From Vitrella brassicaformis CCMP3155 (Eukaryota > Protista > Chromerida), in NCBI GenBank assembly GCA_001179505.1, contig CDMY01000289.1, forward strand, positions 62,001 to 126,000: DNA of 64,000 bases, given 5' to 3'. This document shows positions 23,939 through 36,887 of this stretch, in pieces. The notes under the pieces were generated by a model, which saw nothing but the letters and a program-made list of their open reading frames with translations, ran no database searches and was not told the DNA's origin. The position numbers were made by a program, and so were the translations under genes. Positions within the stretch are counted from its first letter, which is position 1, and every line of letters starts with the position of its first letter.

Positions 23939-24553
23939 TTAGGTGAGTAATGGTTGAGTTCCCTCATCAGGGGCTGCCCGCTGCTGCCGCCTCTCATTGA
24001 AGCGGCGCCACCACTTCACCAAAAAGAAGGCGCTCTCTCTCCGCCACATCTCCTCCTTCTCGGGACTCCACAGTGGACCTGACACACACAGGCGCACACA
24101 CACACACACACACGTGGAGAGGGAGAGTCAGGCAGGCAGGCAGTCCTGCTGTGTCGGTGTGGCGCCTCACCCAGCCAGATGGCGTATACATCGCGGTGTT
24201 GCAGGTCGCGTACTTCGTACTCACCGTCTGTGCCAATGAAGCGCACCTGACAACACCGACACTTTGGACACCAATGGAATGAGTCCCCTCTTACTGGTTT
24301 GGCCGACCAGTCTGTTGGCCTCCAGTCCGCGACATTTGAACTTTTTCCATATCAGCTTCGCATTGTAGGCCTCCCCTGCCATGCCGGTCCAACGGCGCAG
24401 TCGGCACACCTCTGGGTGGTCTTTGTAGTACACCAGCACGTCCTTGTAGCCCTCGCACTCGGGAGGCCAGGGGCCTCGCCATCGAGGAGGGCGGGCAGGC
24501 CGCTGGGAAACGTCAAACACCCTCCTATAAAGGTGCAGGGGACGTCGCCACAT
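23939..24553 (-). CDS. Small (~150 aa) Trp/Arg-rich hypothetical protein; intact copy within the inverted repeat
   Basis: MWRRPLHLYRRVFDVSQRP...KKFKCRGLEANRL|VRFIGTDGEYEVRDLQHRDVYAIWLG|PLWSPEKEEMWRRESAFFLVKWWRRFNERRQQRAAPDEGTQPLLT*. The splice sites are conserved in both copies. Confidence 0.6.
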
Positions 24554-24560
24554 CCTGAGC

Positions 24561-24583
24561 AGGGTTTGACGACCGAAGGGTTT
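24561..24583 (-). promoter_or_regulatory. Paired telo-box-like element (reverse strand) 7 nt upstream of the ATG at 24553
   Basis: AGGGTTTGACGACCGAAGGGTTT is the reverse complement of AAACCCTTCGGTCGTCAAACCCT. Confidence 0.5.
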
Positions 24584-24744
24584 TAAGACCGAAGGGTTCT
24601 GAGCGGGGTTTGTAGACTGAAGGGTTCAAACCCCGCGGAGGAGGGTGCATTCGGGCGGCAGGTGCGATGCAGGAGAGATCTTCACCACACAACTCAGATC
24701 TGTTTGTTTTTGTGTGCGTTCAGGTTGAGAGGCTCGTTGGGAAG

Positions 24745-26705
24745 ATGAAGATGGCTTCCCCCCCGAACGGGGAAGGGGAGGTTTGGAAGATGGTGATGTT
24801 GGAGGAAGAATCGGTATGCAGCTGTGTGCACGGGAACTCGCCATGACTACACACACGTGACGCGAGTTCTGTCTGTCAGACTGTCTTCCCTCTCAGCCAC
24901 GACCTCCTCATTCGCGTGTTCGGCTCCCTGTGTCCTTTCGACCTCTCGCGGCTCCTTCCCGTCCTCCCGGCACCCCTTGTCATCCGCGCCTTCACACACC
25001 ACACCCACATGACGATCAACGGCTCGGCAGAGGCTGGGGAGAGGAGGCTCTGGGAGGATCTGCAGCCGTCCGAGGCCTTCACATGGGGGAGGCGAGCTGT
25101 CCATCTCAGAGAGCTGCGCGTCGTGCTGCCGAATGGAGCGCCCAGGTGGTGCATGGCGGTGTGGATGGCGGTGTTGGAAGGCCATGCAGAAGGAAGGCGA
25201 CAACTGGCTGGCCGCGAGTTGGCCAACCGAGTCAGGAGCGTCGAGGACAGAGGCACCTTGAGGGTACTTGCCTTCTCGCGAGATGCTGAAGGGGAGCCTT
25301 ACCCATCCGGCAACACCGTGTCAGCCGACCCGCTTTCCCCTCCCCAATCGCCCGTCGGTCTGCCGGCACTCGAGGAAGTGGTTGGGATGCCTCTCAGCTG
25401 TGCGCTCCTTCGACACGACGGCCGCCATTGGTCCACCCCTGGCCTGTCGGTGCTGCGGCTTGACAACCATGACGAGGACACCACTTGCTTCGGCCACCAG
25501 GAGCATGATCCGTCGGAATCCTCTTCCCTCGTTGAGAGAGCACTGCGCCCATGGCTGAGTGAATGCCACTCACTGGAGGCCGTCGACGAGGACTTTCCCA
25601 CCCACGACAGCAACCTGGCCCTCAAGACGGAGATCGTCAGCCTGCTGCCGAAGCGCCGCTCGCTCAGCCGTCTGCGAGAGTTGGGCAGCCTCCAGGCGTA
25701 CAACTACATGGTGCACCAGGTCGATCAGCTCCGCGACGCCCTTGTTGCCAGGGGCTGCCACCGATCTGTGCGGAGCGTGCCCATCGAGCTCGGCTGCCAT
25801 CTCGCCTTGGACGACATCCGCTATGTGGAGCATCTGGCGGGTCTGTCCATGGCCGTCATGACCCCAGAGGCGCTGTGGGGCCAGCCGCAGATTATCAGCG
25901 AGGGGGGCGAGATCGATGCCGCCGTCATCAAGTCGGTGTCATCACAGGAGCAGCAGGAGGAGGGCCATCAGCTTAAGGACGGCAGGGCGGCACTCGTGGC
26001 CAAGTACGTGAGGGAGTACGCCTGTGCTGCTGTTGTCGTGCGCTTCTCCTTCTCCTCCGATGCCGGTGGGGACGTCTTGTCGCGCGACAAGTGGCTGGGT
26101 GTCTTCCCCGTTGCCGAGTCGCTCATCATCTCTGCCGATGAGGCCGACAACAACCACAGCGACAGTGACAGAGAAGACCTCCGGGTGCGGGAGGCCGTGT
26201 CGGTTGCGGCCAGCATGCCGGCACTGACGCATGTCACCTTCAAGGGCGGGGTGCGGCCCTCACTGGTGGTGCGGTTCCTGACGGCTCTCCAGTCGACTCA
26301 CAAGGGCCATCCACTGCGAGTGACAGTTCTCGTGACGGCAGAGAGCCTGGCTGATGGTGGCCTGTGTGCGGTGGGGAGGAAGATGCCGCTCATCGACAGG
26401 CTGGACATCGTGCTGCTAGGTCAGCAAGGAAGGGACACACACACAACCTGCGAAGAGCGGTGTACAAATGTCCTCTGTCTGCTGTGTGTGTGGTGTGTCC
26501 AGGCAGTGTGCCGCCCTCAGTGTGTGTGGGAGACCTCTTCAACGCTCTCAGATCGCTGCTGTTCTGGCTGCCGGCGATCCGCTCGAGAGTGGTTCTGCGC
26601 GACGAGTCGCTGCTCGAGCATGTCAGCGCCCATTTGGCTGTCGCACATACATGTGGGATGGGGCTGAGAGGGGGTGCCCTGGTCGTGCGGCGGGATGGAC
26701 AGTAG
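24745..26705 (+). CDS. Lineage-specific protein with an F-box-like N-terminus and LRR-like repeats
   Basis: Short first exon from ATG 24745, then TVFPLSHDLLIRVFGSLCPFDLSRLL (F-box-like), a long open exon with LRELRVVL, LRVLAFS, LPALEEV, LRELGSL and MPALTHVTF, and a last exon ending at 26705. Confidence 0.7.
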
Positions 26706-27015
26706 GATCAGTGGCTATAGATTCGCGTTGCGTGTGTGGGCTTTATTACGTGTTAAGTGTATGTGTGGTGCCATGAGTGCTTTGTTGCGGAACACACAAA
26801 ACCATTCATGACATGAGATGTCTGTCGGCCGGCCGATCTATCTCGAGAGTCTGATCTACCCACTGCAGACGAACGGCATGAAGCCGGCACGCCACTCGTG
26901 AATGCACTCAGCTAACCAACAGCCACCAACACTCGGGCAACTCAGTCAATCACACCGTCACGGCACACGGACATTCGCATGAAGCGGCATGCACTTCTGG
27001 CTCCACCACCGACTC

Positions 27016-28804
27016 TCATCCATCCGTTTGTCCATTTGGTCTACAAAGCATCCTATCCCTCCGCCTCCGCGTGGCCTCCTCACTGATGCCCATGTCGTCC
27101 CACCCCCTGCCATGGCCCCCATCAGCCCCTCGCCCCAGGGTATGCGACGGATGGCGATAGAACCCACCATGCGGCCGAAACGGCCCCCTCGGCGGCCCCC
27201 TCCCCACCCCCTGAGTGTTTGTCGCCCCAGTGGCGTGAGACACGCTCAGTGCCCCGCCCCCATGGCCCTGATGCTGCTGCTGGAAGTGGGGTTGTTGGTT
27301 GCCGCCCATCTGGTGCTGTTGGCCATTGGGGCCCATGAGTTGCTGTTGCTGCTGCTGCTGCACATTGTGTCTAGGGGGCGGTGGGAAAGGCTGTCTGGGA
27401 GGTCTCCGGGGAACGGGGCGAGGAGGGGGACGGTTGGCGGTCGTGTTGGTGGTCGGGGCGGGGGCGGACACACTGTTGTCGTTGCTGCTGGTGAAGCCAG
27501 ATGCAGCAGCAGCAGGTGCTGCACCACGAACAAACGGACGACGCGGCACCGGACGAAACGGCGCCTGACATGAAGAGAACCCCACACCATCCAATGTGTG
27601 CACGTGTTGCCATCCTATGCTGTCTATGTGATGTGTCTGTGTCTCTGCCGCACCGGCGTGTTGGGCATGCGAGGCATGCGAGGTCGGGTGAATGCTCCTG
27701 GCGCCGCTTGCTTGGGTGCGGGTGCGGGTGCGGGCGGCGGCTGCACGACCTCGTCGAAATCGATGTCACTGAGGTCGATGTCGTCCAGGTTGATGTCGTC
27801 ATGCGCAGCCTGAACCAACGCACATGGGGGGGCAAGGTCGGGTGGTCTTGGTGTACCTGTTGCTGTGGCTGCGGTGGCTGCTGTGGCGCCATGGGTGCCG
27901 CTGCAGCAGCTGCAGCTGCAGCAGCGGGTGGTGCTGGTGGGAGCGGGACTAGGTCATTGAGGCCATCGAGAAGGGCGTCATCGAAATTATCCAAATCAAA
28001 CTGAAAGACACACACACTCAGCCATCCCGGGGAAGCCATCTCTCTTAGGAGCGGTGCTCTCACGTCGTTACTGATGGCCTGCTGCTGATTCTGCTGCTGC
28101 TGCAGAGGCCCTCCAGACGGCTGCACACCACCTCCTCCCGCGTCCCCACCCCCAGACGCCCCCACAGCTACTCCGCTGCGATGCAGTGGCCGGCCACCAC
28201 CAAATGGCGGCCGTCTGGGCGGCGGGGGATACGCCGGCGGCCTGACGATGGTGGCCTTCTCGGGCGGCGGATGGGCCTTGGCATTCTGATGCTGGTGCTG
28301 GTGCTGGTGGTTGTATTGGTATTGTGCCGGGGGCGGTCGTGGCGGTGGAGGTCGGTGCGGCCGGTGGTGCGCGTGAATCTGAGGCCACAGATCGACAGCC
28401 TCCTGTGTGTACCATACATATGCAGTACGAACCACACAGGATGATCGATCCACACATCCATATGTACAACGAGGGGAGGGGAGGGGTGGGAGAGTGCTCA
28501 CGTCATTGGATGGCGTCATCATGCTGGGACTGAGCGCCCGCAGGCCGGGAGGACGCACCGGCCCTGACGGCGGATACCCTGACACACACCAGGCGCCCAT
28601 GCGTCCACCCAGCCATGCACAAGTGTCCCTTCCAGTCTCACCGCGCTGATTCGGGTGCGATACTGGCGGCCGAGCTGGCGCTCGAGGAGGGCGTACGAAA
28701 GGTCGTGGAGGCGGACGTGGCGGGACCTGTGGCGGCGGGCCAGCCGCCGCCGTGTTGGCGATGTCCTCATCATTGATGCCGTCCAGGAGCGCCGACAGGT
28801 CCTG

Positions 28805-28835
<31 letters not shown>

Positions 28836-29862
28836 GAGGGAGAGAGGGAGAGTGTCAACACAGGCGTCTCCTCACCCTCTAGGTGTCTGTCTGCCTCACC
28901 GAGTCTCGACCCTCGCGGGCGTCATGGTCGCCGTGGGCTGGCACAGCAACGGCCGCAGCGACAGGGGGCTGCACACCAGCGCCACCACCAGCACCAGCAC
29001 CAGCACCTGCACCAGCACCTGCGCCTCCTCCAGCCTCAACGCCGTCCAGTGGGTCTAAGTTGTCCAGCAGGCCATCCAAATCATCGCCTTCATCAATCGC
29101 CATCGCACCACCCCCAGCAGCACCAACCCCCACCTGACACACACATGACCAGAAGCCATTCATGTATGCATCTGTGGGACACACACGATACGTGAGTACC
29201 TGTGCATCGATATGGTTATGGCCTCCATCACGCTGCTCTACTTGCTCCCCACCCTCACCCTCACCTCCACCCTCTCCCATATCGCCCACACCGCCCTCCC
29301 CTCCCCATCCCCCTCCTGCTGCAGCCGCTCGCTGCAACTCCCTCGGTCCGTCATCAATGGCCATGTCCATGTTATCTGCAGCAGCTGCCGCCATTTCAGC
29401 CGAGGCTGCCGCGACGGGCTGGCCTCGACGACGGGACCTCCTTGGCGAGTTCGAGTCCCGTGGCGGTGCGACATTGAGCGCCAGCATGGCCGCGCCGAGC
29501 CGTCGGGGGAACTCGGGCGGGTGTGGAGGTGGCGGGGGAGGGGGCGGGGCGGGTGGTGACGGGGGGGAATAGGGGTAGGGTGGGCCGTCCGCTTCAGAAG
29601 CCGTCTGGCTCATGGGATCCTGAATACGCATGGGAAATGAGAGAGAGACAGATGGAGAGAGATGGAGAGAGAAGGAGAGGCGACGGATGCATGGATGGAT
29701 GGATGGATGGGTGTGTTTGCGTGTGCCGTTCACCTGCTCATTCTTCCTGTCGAATTCTTCTACCAGCATGGTGAGGTACTGCTCGAACCGCACCGAGCCC
29801 TCACGGCCCTCGGGCACCGTCCGCTCGGTCACATGAACCACCTGAACCACCACACCATGCAC
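27016..29862 (-). CDS. Multi-exon Pro/Gly/Gln/Arg-rich disordered protein with repeated acidic-hydrophobic modules
   Basis: Successive GT-AG-bounded exons with low-complexity coding sequence. Both ends are uncertain. Confidence 0.55.
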
Positions 29863-30264
29863 ACGGCAGATCTCTTGCGAAATATCATCTGTGTCTCCTT
29901 TGTCCGCCGCCTTACCCCTTGCCGAATCATGGCTGCGGCGAAACTCACGCCAATCAGCCGTCGGAAGGACGCGTCAGCACGCTGCAGATGGTTGAAGGGC
30001 GTCGGAGAAAGGCATCCGCCATTGCAAATGCGGTCACAGAGGGCTCCTTACGACCCCCAGCGACGCCTTCAACGCCATTGCTGCCATTTCATCCGCCCGC
30101 CTCGGCCAGGGGAGCGAGCAGTTTCACGGAGCCATTCCCTTTGAGCTCGCGCTTTCCTCGTGCATCCTCTTCTCCCCCTCTCTGTCACCTCCTCTCTGCC
30201 TCTATGACCGTTCCATGCCCCGAGCCCTGACACATCCGCCCACGGTGGACGGCATTCGGTGCCG

Positions 30265-31689
30265 ATGAAGGAGCAGCAAGAGAGAGATCCCCTCACCACA
30301 GCGGGAGCGGGTCAGCACGCCTTCACCCACACGCCGTCGACGGCCAACACCCGCCCATCCACTACGGCAGAAACCACTCCAGTGCTGACCTCGACGATGT
30401 CATCAGTGAGGCGTGGCGAGGCGGCAGTAGGGAGCAGCAGCAGAAGGAGGGCGGGGCGGGTGAGCGAGAGGTGGGAGGAGCGGGCCATGACGTTCGGCGA
30501 GCATTATGTGGTCAAGAACACCTTCATCCACACCGGACCGGTAGGCGTGCAAAGATTTGTGGCATGGGATGAATGAGCGTGGCAGGCTGGCTGGCTGGCT
30601 GGATGGATGGAGGAGGGTGTATCAACTTGGATTGGAGAGGCTCATGTGTACTTATTATGTGTGTGTCATGACACATGTGTGTTGTTGTCTTCTGTCTGTT
30701 CTGTCTGTCTGTCTGTCTCGTGTGTGCAGTTTGCGGCGTCCTGTGGGCGTCGGTCCCGGTCCGCTGACACCTACTACGACCAACCACTCACACACTGTAG
30801 GCACCGTACCGCACCAGCCAAAGATCACCCACCACACCACGCCACACACGTCTCCCCGTCCGTCAGGCGTTCATCTCACCCCATCGTCCAACCGGCCGCC
30901 AGCCGTCCCCGCGAACGCGTCTTCAGTGCCGCGTGTGTTGCCCACACAGAGTCATACCAACACCCATTCGTATGCGCACCATCGGCCTGTGAGTCGGGTC
31001 GGCCGCAGCATGAGCTCGCTGGGTGTGGGTGGTGGTGGTAGTGGTGGTAGTGTGTGTGTGGGCGTCATTGGGGAGGGTGAGGGATACGGGGCGCATTCAA
31101 CTCGATGCCCATCGGAGAGCGGGGAGGACGCCAGACACGCCGCGTGAGTGGGGGGGCGGGTGTGGGTGTGGTGCGGTGTGTCGACACGTGTGGAGTGGGT
31201 GGATAGAAGATCTGTTCTCTCTTTTCTTTTGTGTGTGTGTGGGTGTGGGTGTGCGGCCACATGGCATCTCATCACTCAGGATACTGTTTGATGTGTCCCG
31301 ACAGCCACTGGAGGCCAACATTCCCAACACGTCAGACAACACATTCACACGCAAATGCGACACACGTATACAGCACACAGCCCTGGTCCTTGCTGATGGA
31401 TGGATGGATGGATGTGTGTGTGTCAGGATCAGCCTGCGGACGTTGCCACTGAACATCCCCCTCCCGCCCAACCACCCGCCACCTCCCCCGTACCCGCCGT
31501 CCAACGTCCAGTACCTCACACAGCTGTCACAGCCACAGACACAGACGCAGGCACAGGCGCACCCGTCGCCCATCTCCCCGCCGCCCACTTCGGCACCGCC
31601 AGATATGTCGTCACTCCAGATCTACCACGCACAGCAGCAACAAGGTCCGGCCCGCAGACGTGACACACGTGGGGGCGTGGGGTGACTGA

Positions 31690-31721
<32 letters not shown>

Positions 31722-33229
31722 GGTGTGTGTTTAGCGTCGTCGTCATCGAATATGACCCCGGTGATTCTGCAGCGTGCCCTGGGGCCGAATGAGGTGCCGA
31801 CGGTCACCATGCCGATGGCACAGGCGATGCAGCTCATCAGCACGGCCCCGCTCCCATCCCTCCCGCCACACCTGCCCCTGCCCCTCCCTCTGCACATCGA
31901 GACGCCCCCGCCGGACTGCCTCCCGCCGTCGTACGACCTCTCGCCAATCTCACCCTCACCAGACCCCTCGCCGTCGCAGTCGCCCCCAGCTGCCAGTAGC
32001 GTGTCGTGTTCCATATCCCTCTCTGCATCTCCAACGGCGTCAGCCTCGCCCCAGGCAGCGGACATGGACACCCACATCCACACCCACGCCCACACGCGCA
32101 TCCATGAGCACATGTTCCTCGAGCGGAGCTTCAGCGAGGTGCTCATGGGCAACTGCGGCGGCGGCACCGCCACCAGCACCGAGGCCACCCCCATGGCCTC
32201 CCCCACCGCACAGAGCACCCACTCCTACTCGCCCACCAGTTTTGCCCAGTTTAGCAGCAAGAAGGGCCACCACCACGGCGACAAGGAGAGGGACAGAGAG
32301 CACCGAGGAGGGGAGAAGGAGGGCAAGGAGGGCAGGGGGGTGCGCCGGGCCCGAGGTGATCGCGAGTATAGAGAGCGCGACCGTGACCGAGGTGATCGCG
32401 ATAGAGACAGGGAGAGGGAGAGGGGCGCTGGGCGGGGGTTGCGGGCGTATGGCGGCGGCGGCGGCGGGGGGAGGGAGGGCCGGCGTGCCGGCCATAGAGA
32501 TAGAGATAGAGACAGAGACGGCAGGGAGCACCGAAACATCAAGTGACATGGACACACAGCACAGAGACCCACAGATGGATGAATGGATGGATGGATGGAT
32601 GTGTGTGTGTGTATGTTCAGCGGGTCGGAGGAGATCCGTGATCGTGACCGCGACCGTGACCGAGGTGACCGCGACCGTGACCGTGTCGGCCACTACCACC
32701 CGCAGCCCACCGGCCCCTACCTGGGCGGCATGACGCACTACCCCGACGACATCATCGCCAACACATTCGACAGTAGCTACAACCAAGACGACACGCCCAC
32801 CTCAGAGCAGCCGCAGCACTACAGCCACGGCAGCAACCACAGACAGGGCACGCCACCGCCAAAGGTAGCTTAGCTACACCCACATACCCCTCTCCCTCTC
32901 CCTCTCGCTCCCTCCCACTTACATCCGCTGTGTGTGTCATCGTGTGTCATGTGTCATCCATCGATCAGGACGATTGCAAGACCCCCCAGGAGCACTCCCC
33001 CTTCACCGACCAGTTCAACAACCACAGCAGTGTGCGCATCCTCAAACACCACACCAGCACGAGAAGCAGCAGCGGCAAACCAGACAAGCACTCCACCTAC
33101 CCCAGCAGCAGCACCAGCAGCGAGAGGCCCGAGAGGGGCGAGAGGGGTGAGCACCGAGACCGTGACCGTGACCGCGACGGCGGCCGGCGCAAGACTTACT
33201 CCTTTAGGGGGATTGGGGGCGGGCGATGA
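30265..33229 (+). CDS. Low-complexity protein with a VKNTFI motif and RD/RE dipeptide tracts
   Basis: First exon ends ...HYVVKNTFIHTGP|GT. Later exons are Pro/Ser-rich and contain RDRDRGDRDRDRERE tracts. Stop at 33229. Confidence 0.6.
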
Positions 33230-33399
33230 GGGAGGATGAGTAGACGCAGCCACCCCACCCACACAGACAGGCAGGCTGCGGGCGGGGCGTACGTGTAGAC
33301 AGATAAGGCGGGGGGTCCCGTCGATCCGTTTTGGACACATCCATCCATCCATCCCTGCATTCGATGGCACGCATCACATCACGGGAGTCCCTTTCCCAC

Positions 33400-35450
33400 T
33401 CACTCATCCACGCAGCTTACACACATCTCTCTCTGTATGATAACACAGAGTAAGAAAGAACATACCGACTCAGAGAGAGAGAGAGAGAGAGAGAGAGGTG
33501 GAGTGAGAGAGGGGGAGGGGGGGGAGTGGCGAGAGGGCGAGAGGGCACACACTTGGGTGGCCTGTCCACTTCCCTGCGTGTGTGGGTGGTTTTCCTTGTA
33601 ACTTCGTGGTTGCTGGTTCCTTGCTGGGGTGGGTTGCTGGGGTGTGCATAGGGGTGGGTGGGGAGGGAGGGGGTCAGGGAGAGGGGGAGTAAGCTAAGTG
33701 CACTACCACACACGCCGTGCCATTCCATTTCATTCCATTCCATCCATTCACCCAGTCATCCGTCATCGCTTAGCAGCCGGCCACACACACACGCGGCGGT
33801 TTTGATGTCGTCAGCAGCCCGGGGGGACACATGCCTGCCACCGACCCCATCCCCTGTTTCCCTCGCCTCTCCATCCAGCATCCACACCCACACCCACACT
33901 CTTTTTCGCACACGTGTGCTCACTCGGATACACACACACACAAGGCTGGCTTTGCCGGGGGATCACCCACTACACTGCCTGTATCCATCCATCCCCATCC
34001 ATCCACTCACAGCATCCATCCATCCATCCGCGCCTCACCTCTGTGCAGCCTTCGTGGGCGTGTGTGTGTGTGTGTGTGAGTCGCTTACTCGTCCATGCGG
34101 GGGTGGATGCATCCATGCCTTCATGCCAACCACACCATACATCCATGCCATCTGTGCACTTTAAGGGGGTGGGGGGAGGGTGGGAGGGCGGGAGGGGCTG
34201 CCGGTCGGTGGGTCGGTCGCATGGTTGCTGCGTTGCTCATGTACAATTGCTCGTCGTCGTGGGACCGATTTTGATGATGTCTACCCAGTCGACATGGAGA
34301 GAGAAGGAGGGAGAGAGAAGGAGAGAGAGAGAGAGAGAGAGGTGTTGTAAGTCTGCTACACGGGGGGTGGCGGTCTATGGTGTGTATATGTCCATACTTC
34401 TGTATACTTGTGTGTACACTTCAGCGAGACGGTGGCCATGATGGGTGAATGGATGGACGGATGGCTGGATATACTCACTCCCAGCAACCGAAAGTGTGTC
34501 GATAACTCCTTGCTGCTCCGGCAATCCATCCATGTGTGTGAAGTGCCTTTCCATGTCTGTCTGTCTGTCTGTCTGTGGGTGTGGTGTGCGGCGTGCCGTG
34601 CATGCATGCGTGCGCTCGGGGGCAAGCTGCCATGGTGCATGGTGCATGCCCCACTTCGTTCGTCCGTCCCTCCGTCCTCTTATTGCGTGTCTGTATGTGT
34701 TGTAGATAAGAATCCTCTTTCCCTTGTTGCCCGCCTGCCTGTTTTCCCGTCGGGCGAGAGCCCCATCACCCCTCCACTCAGCCACTCGCTCTCCCACACA
34801 CACATACACAGACAGACAGACAGACAGGTCGCCCGATGCTTCTACAGTAAGTGCACGATGCTTGTGCAGTGGCTTGGCTTGGCTTGGTGGTGGTTGTATC
34901 GTGATGGTGATGGTGATGGTGGCGTGCGCACATCGCAACACTTGGCGGATGGCCTGCTTCTCGATCGCTGGTGTGGATGCTTGTCCACGCGTGGGTGGCT
35001 GGCTGGCTGGATGGATGGATGGGCGGGCGGCCCGGTACTGGATGGCTGCAAGTGTTGTGTGTCTGTCGATTGGATGCGAGCACTGCTGGCGGGAATGGGG
35101 TTGCTAGGATGAGGATGGTGACGGGATGGCGTCCTCCCTCTCATTCCTGGGTGATGTCATGCCGTCACCGTCGCCGTCTGAGCAATGCCCATTCTGACTG
35201 ACAGCCGTCTGGCAGCCTGTCTGCCGGTCTGTGTGTCTGCAATCATGATGGTGAGTGGTGTACTATATGCCTGTGTCCTCATTCGTCCGCCCATGCATCC
35301 ATGCGGCTGCCTGCCTGGCTGGCTGGCTGGCTGGCTGTGTGTCTGTGTGTCTGTCTGCCTGTCTGTCTGTGTGCTTACCTTCCTGTGTGTATACAGCACG
35401 TCCATCGATCCATCCCGATTGATTGAGACCGACAGAAGAACACGTGATTG
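33400..35450. repeat. Microsatellite-rich intergenic stretch: (GA)n, (CATC)n, (CA)n, (GGCT)n
   Basis: Dense short tandem repeats; no coherent spliced ORF was found. Confidence 0.6.
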
Positions 35451-35618
35451 ACGGACAGGAGAAGTCGCTATGATTCAACAACACTCAGCGGATAAGGCTA
35501 GAGAAAGTTTCGGTGAAACCCTGCCCAAAGGTAAACAGTGCCGGGTTGGCATCAGTGCCGGGTTGGCATCGTTTCTCTCGAGCGTCGTCGGTGTGTGCGT
35601 CCATCGCCCATTCTCACC

Positions 35619-36231
35619 ATGAGCTCAGCGTCGGCCGCGCAGCAGCAGCAGGAGGTGCCCCGCCAAGGCATAGTGTCGGCCAAAGACTATGAGGCTCGTC
35701 TGAAGGTACGTGCCGACAATTGCACCATGGAAATGGCACAGATCGGTCCATCCATCCATCCATCCATCCATGCCGTGCTGGATCTTGTGCTGTGGGCAGG
35801 AGGTGCTGCAGGAGGTCAAGAAGGCCAGCCGCCCGAACGAGCCGGAGTTCATTGATCTCTTTGGCATCTACGAGCCCGAATCCATGGAGGAGAAAATCGC
35901 TGACGAGCCCGAGAAGCACGAGCAGAAGATGAAGGTATGAGCTCGGCAGATCTGCACTTCCTCTGGATGGATGGATGGATGGGTGGACGGATGGACGGAT
36001 GGATGGATGGATTGGACGGGTTGTGCTTGTAGGAGGTGGTCTCATCCCTATCTGAGCACTACCGCCGGCAGGGTGAGTGACGTCGGCATCTGACGCTCAC
36101 TTCTCTGCATACGCGGGGATGGGTCAGGCTGGCGTGACTTCGAGAAGTGCAAGACGGGCCCCGTCGAATTCATTGCCTGCGAGGGCTTCCTGCTCACACT
36201 CGCCATCAAAGCTAAGGACCCGGTCGGTTGA
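35619..36231 (+). CDS. Small 4-exon hypothetical protein, paralog A
   Basis: [29 protein letters not shown]|[26 protein letters not shown]...|[14 protein letters not shown]|[33 protein letters not shown]. Confidence 0.7.
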
Positions 36232-36887
36232 TAGCGACAGACACCACAACACAAAGGCCGCACAACACCTCTGGTGCGTATTCATGGGTTTAGACAAAGG
36301 GCATCACCTGGGGTGAGTTTCTAGAAGAAATGAGCGCCTACGAGGGGGGCGCCATTTGCTGGCGGGTAGGCGAGATAGACGAGGATGAGTGCGAGTAAGC
36401 GACGGACGGGCGCAAAGACACAACGAGGGGAGCGTCGTTATGTCCTCTGGTGATGACACACAGGTTCCTGCGAGGGGGCAAGCGCGACTCATGCGGCCGA
36501 TACAGACTCCAATACGACATCTGAACACCGAACACAAGACAGAATGTGTGCACAGACAGAGAGCGGCTACCGTAGAAGCGCAGCAGAATCGCGTTTGGTT
36601 TGTTGACGGACCCATTAGTTTATTCATTTCATGCATGTCTGCGCAGGCGTGTGTGTGTGTGCATTGTGCGATGCTGCTTAGGACGGCCTGACAATTCGTG
36701 CGTTCGGAGTGAAAGAATGGATTGAATCGATCACGCACAATGGCAGACTGACAAATGAATCCACTTGCAATGTATCACGACAGCAGCATCTGTCCGTCCA
36801 ACAAAAAGCGACCCATGCTACACACACTACCTACAGAGCTACAGAGGCTGGCTACTCTACACACCTGACGATAAACGTCTTAACGGC

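Larger units (their letters stand above)
23910..24712 (-). repeat. Right arm of the inverted duplication (partner 18140-19033)
   Basis: Reverse-complement match to 18140-19033, with an ~60 nt deletion between AAACC(C/T)TTC repeats in the upstream part. Confidence 0.92.

Noticed and set aside
18140-24712. Classical composite DNA transposon
   Set aside because: No transposase ORF, short terminal inverted repeats or target-site duplication could be identified, so it is kept only as an inverted duplication.
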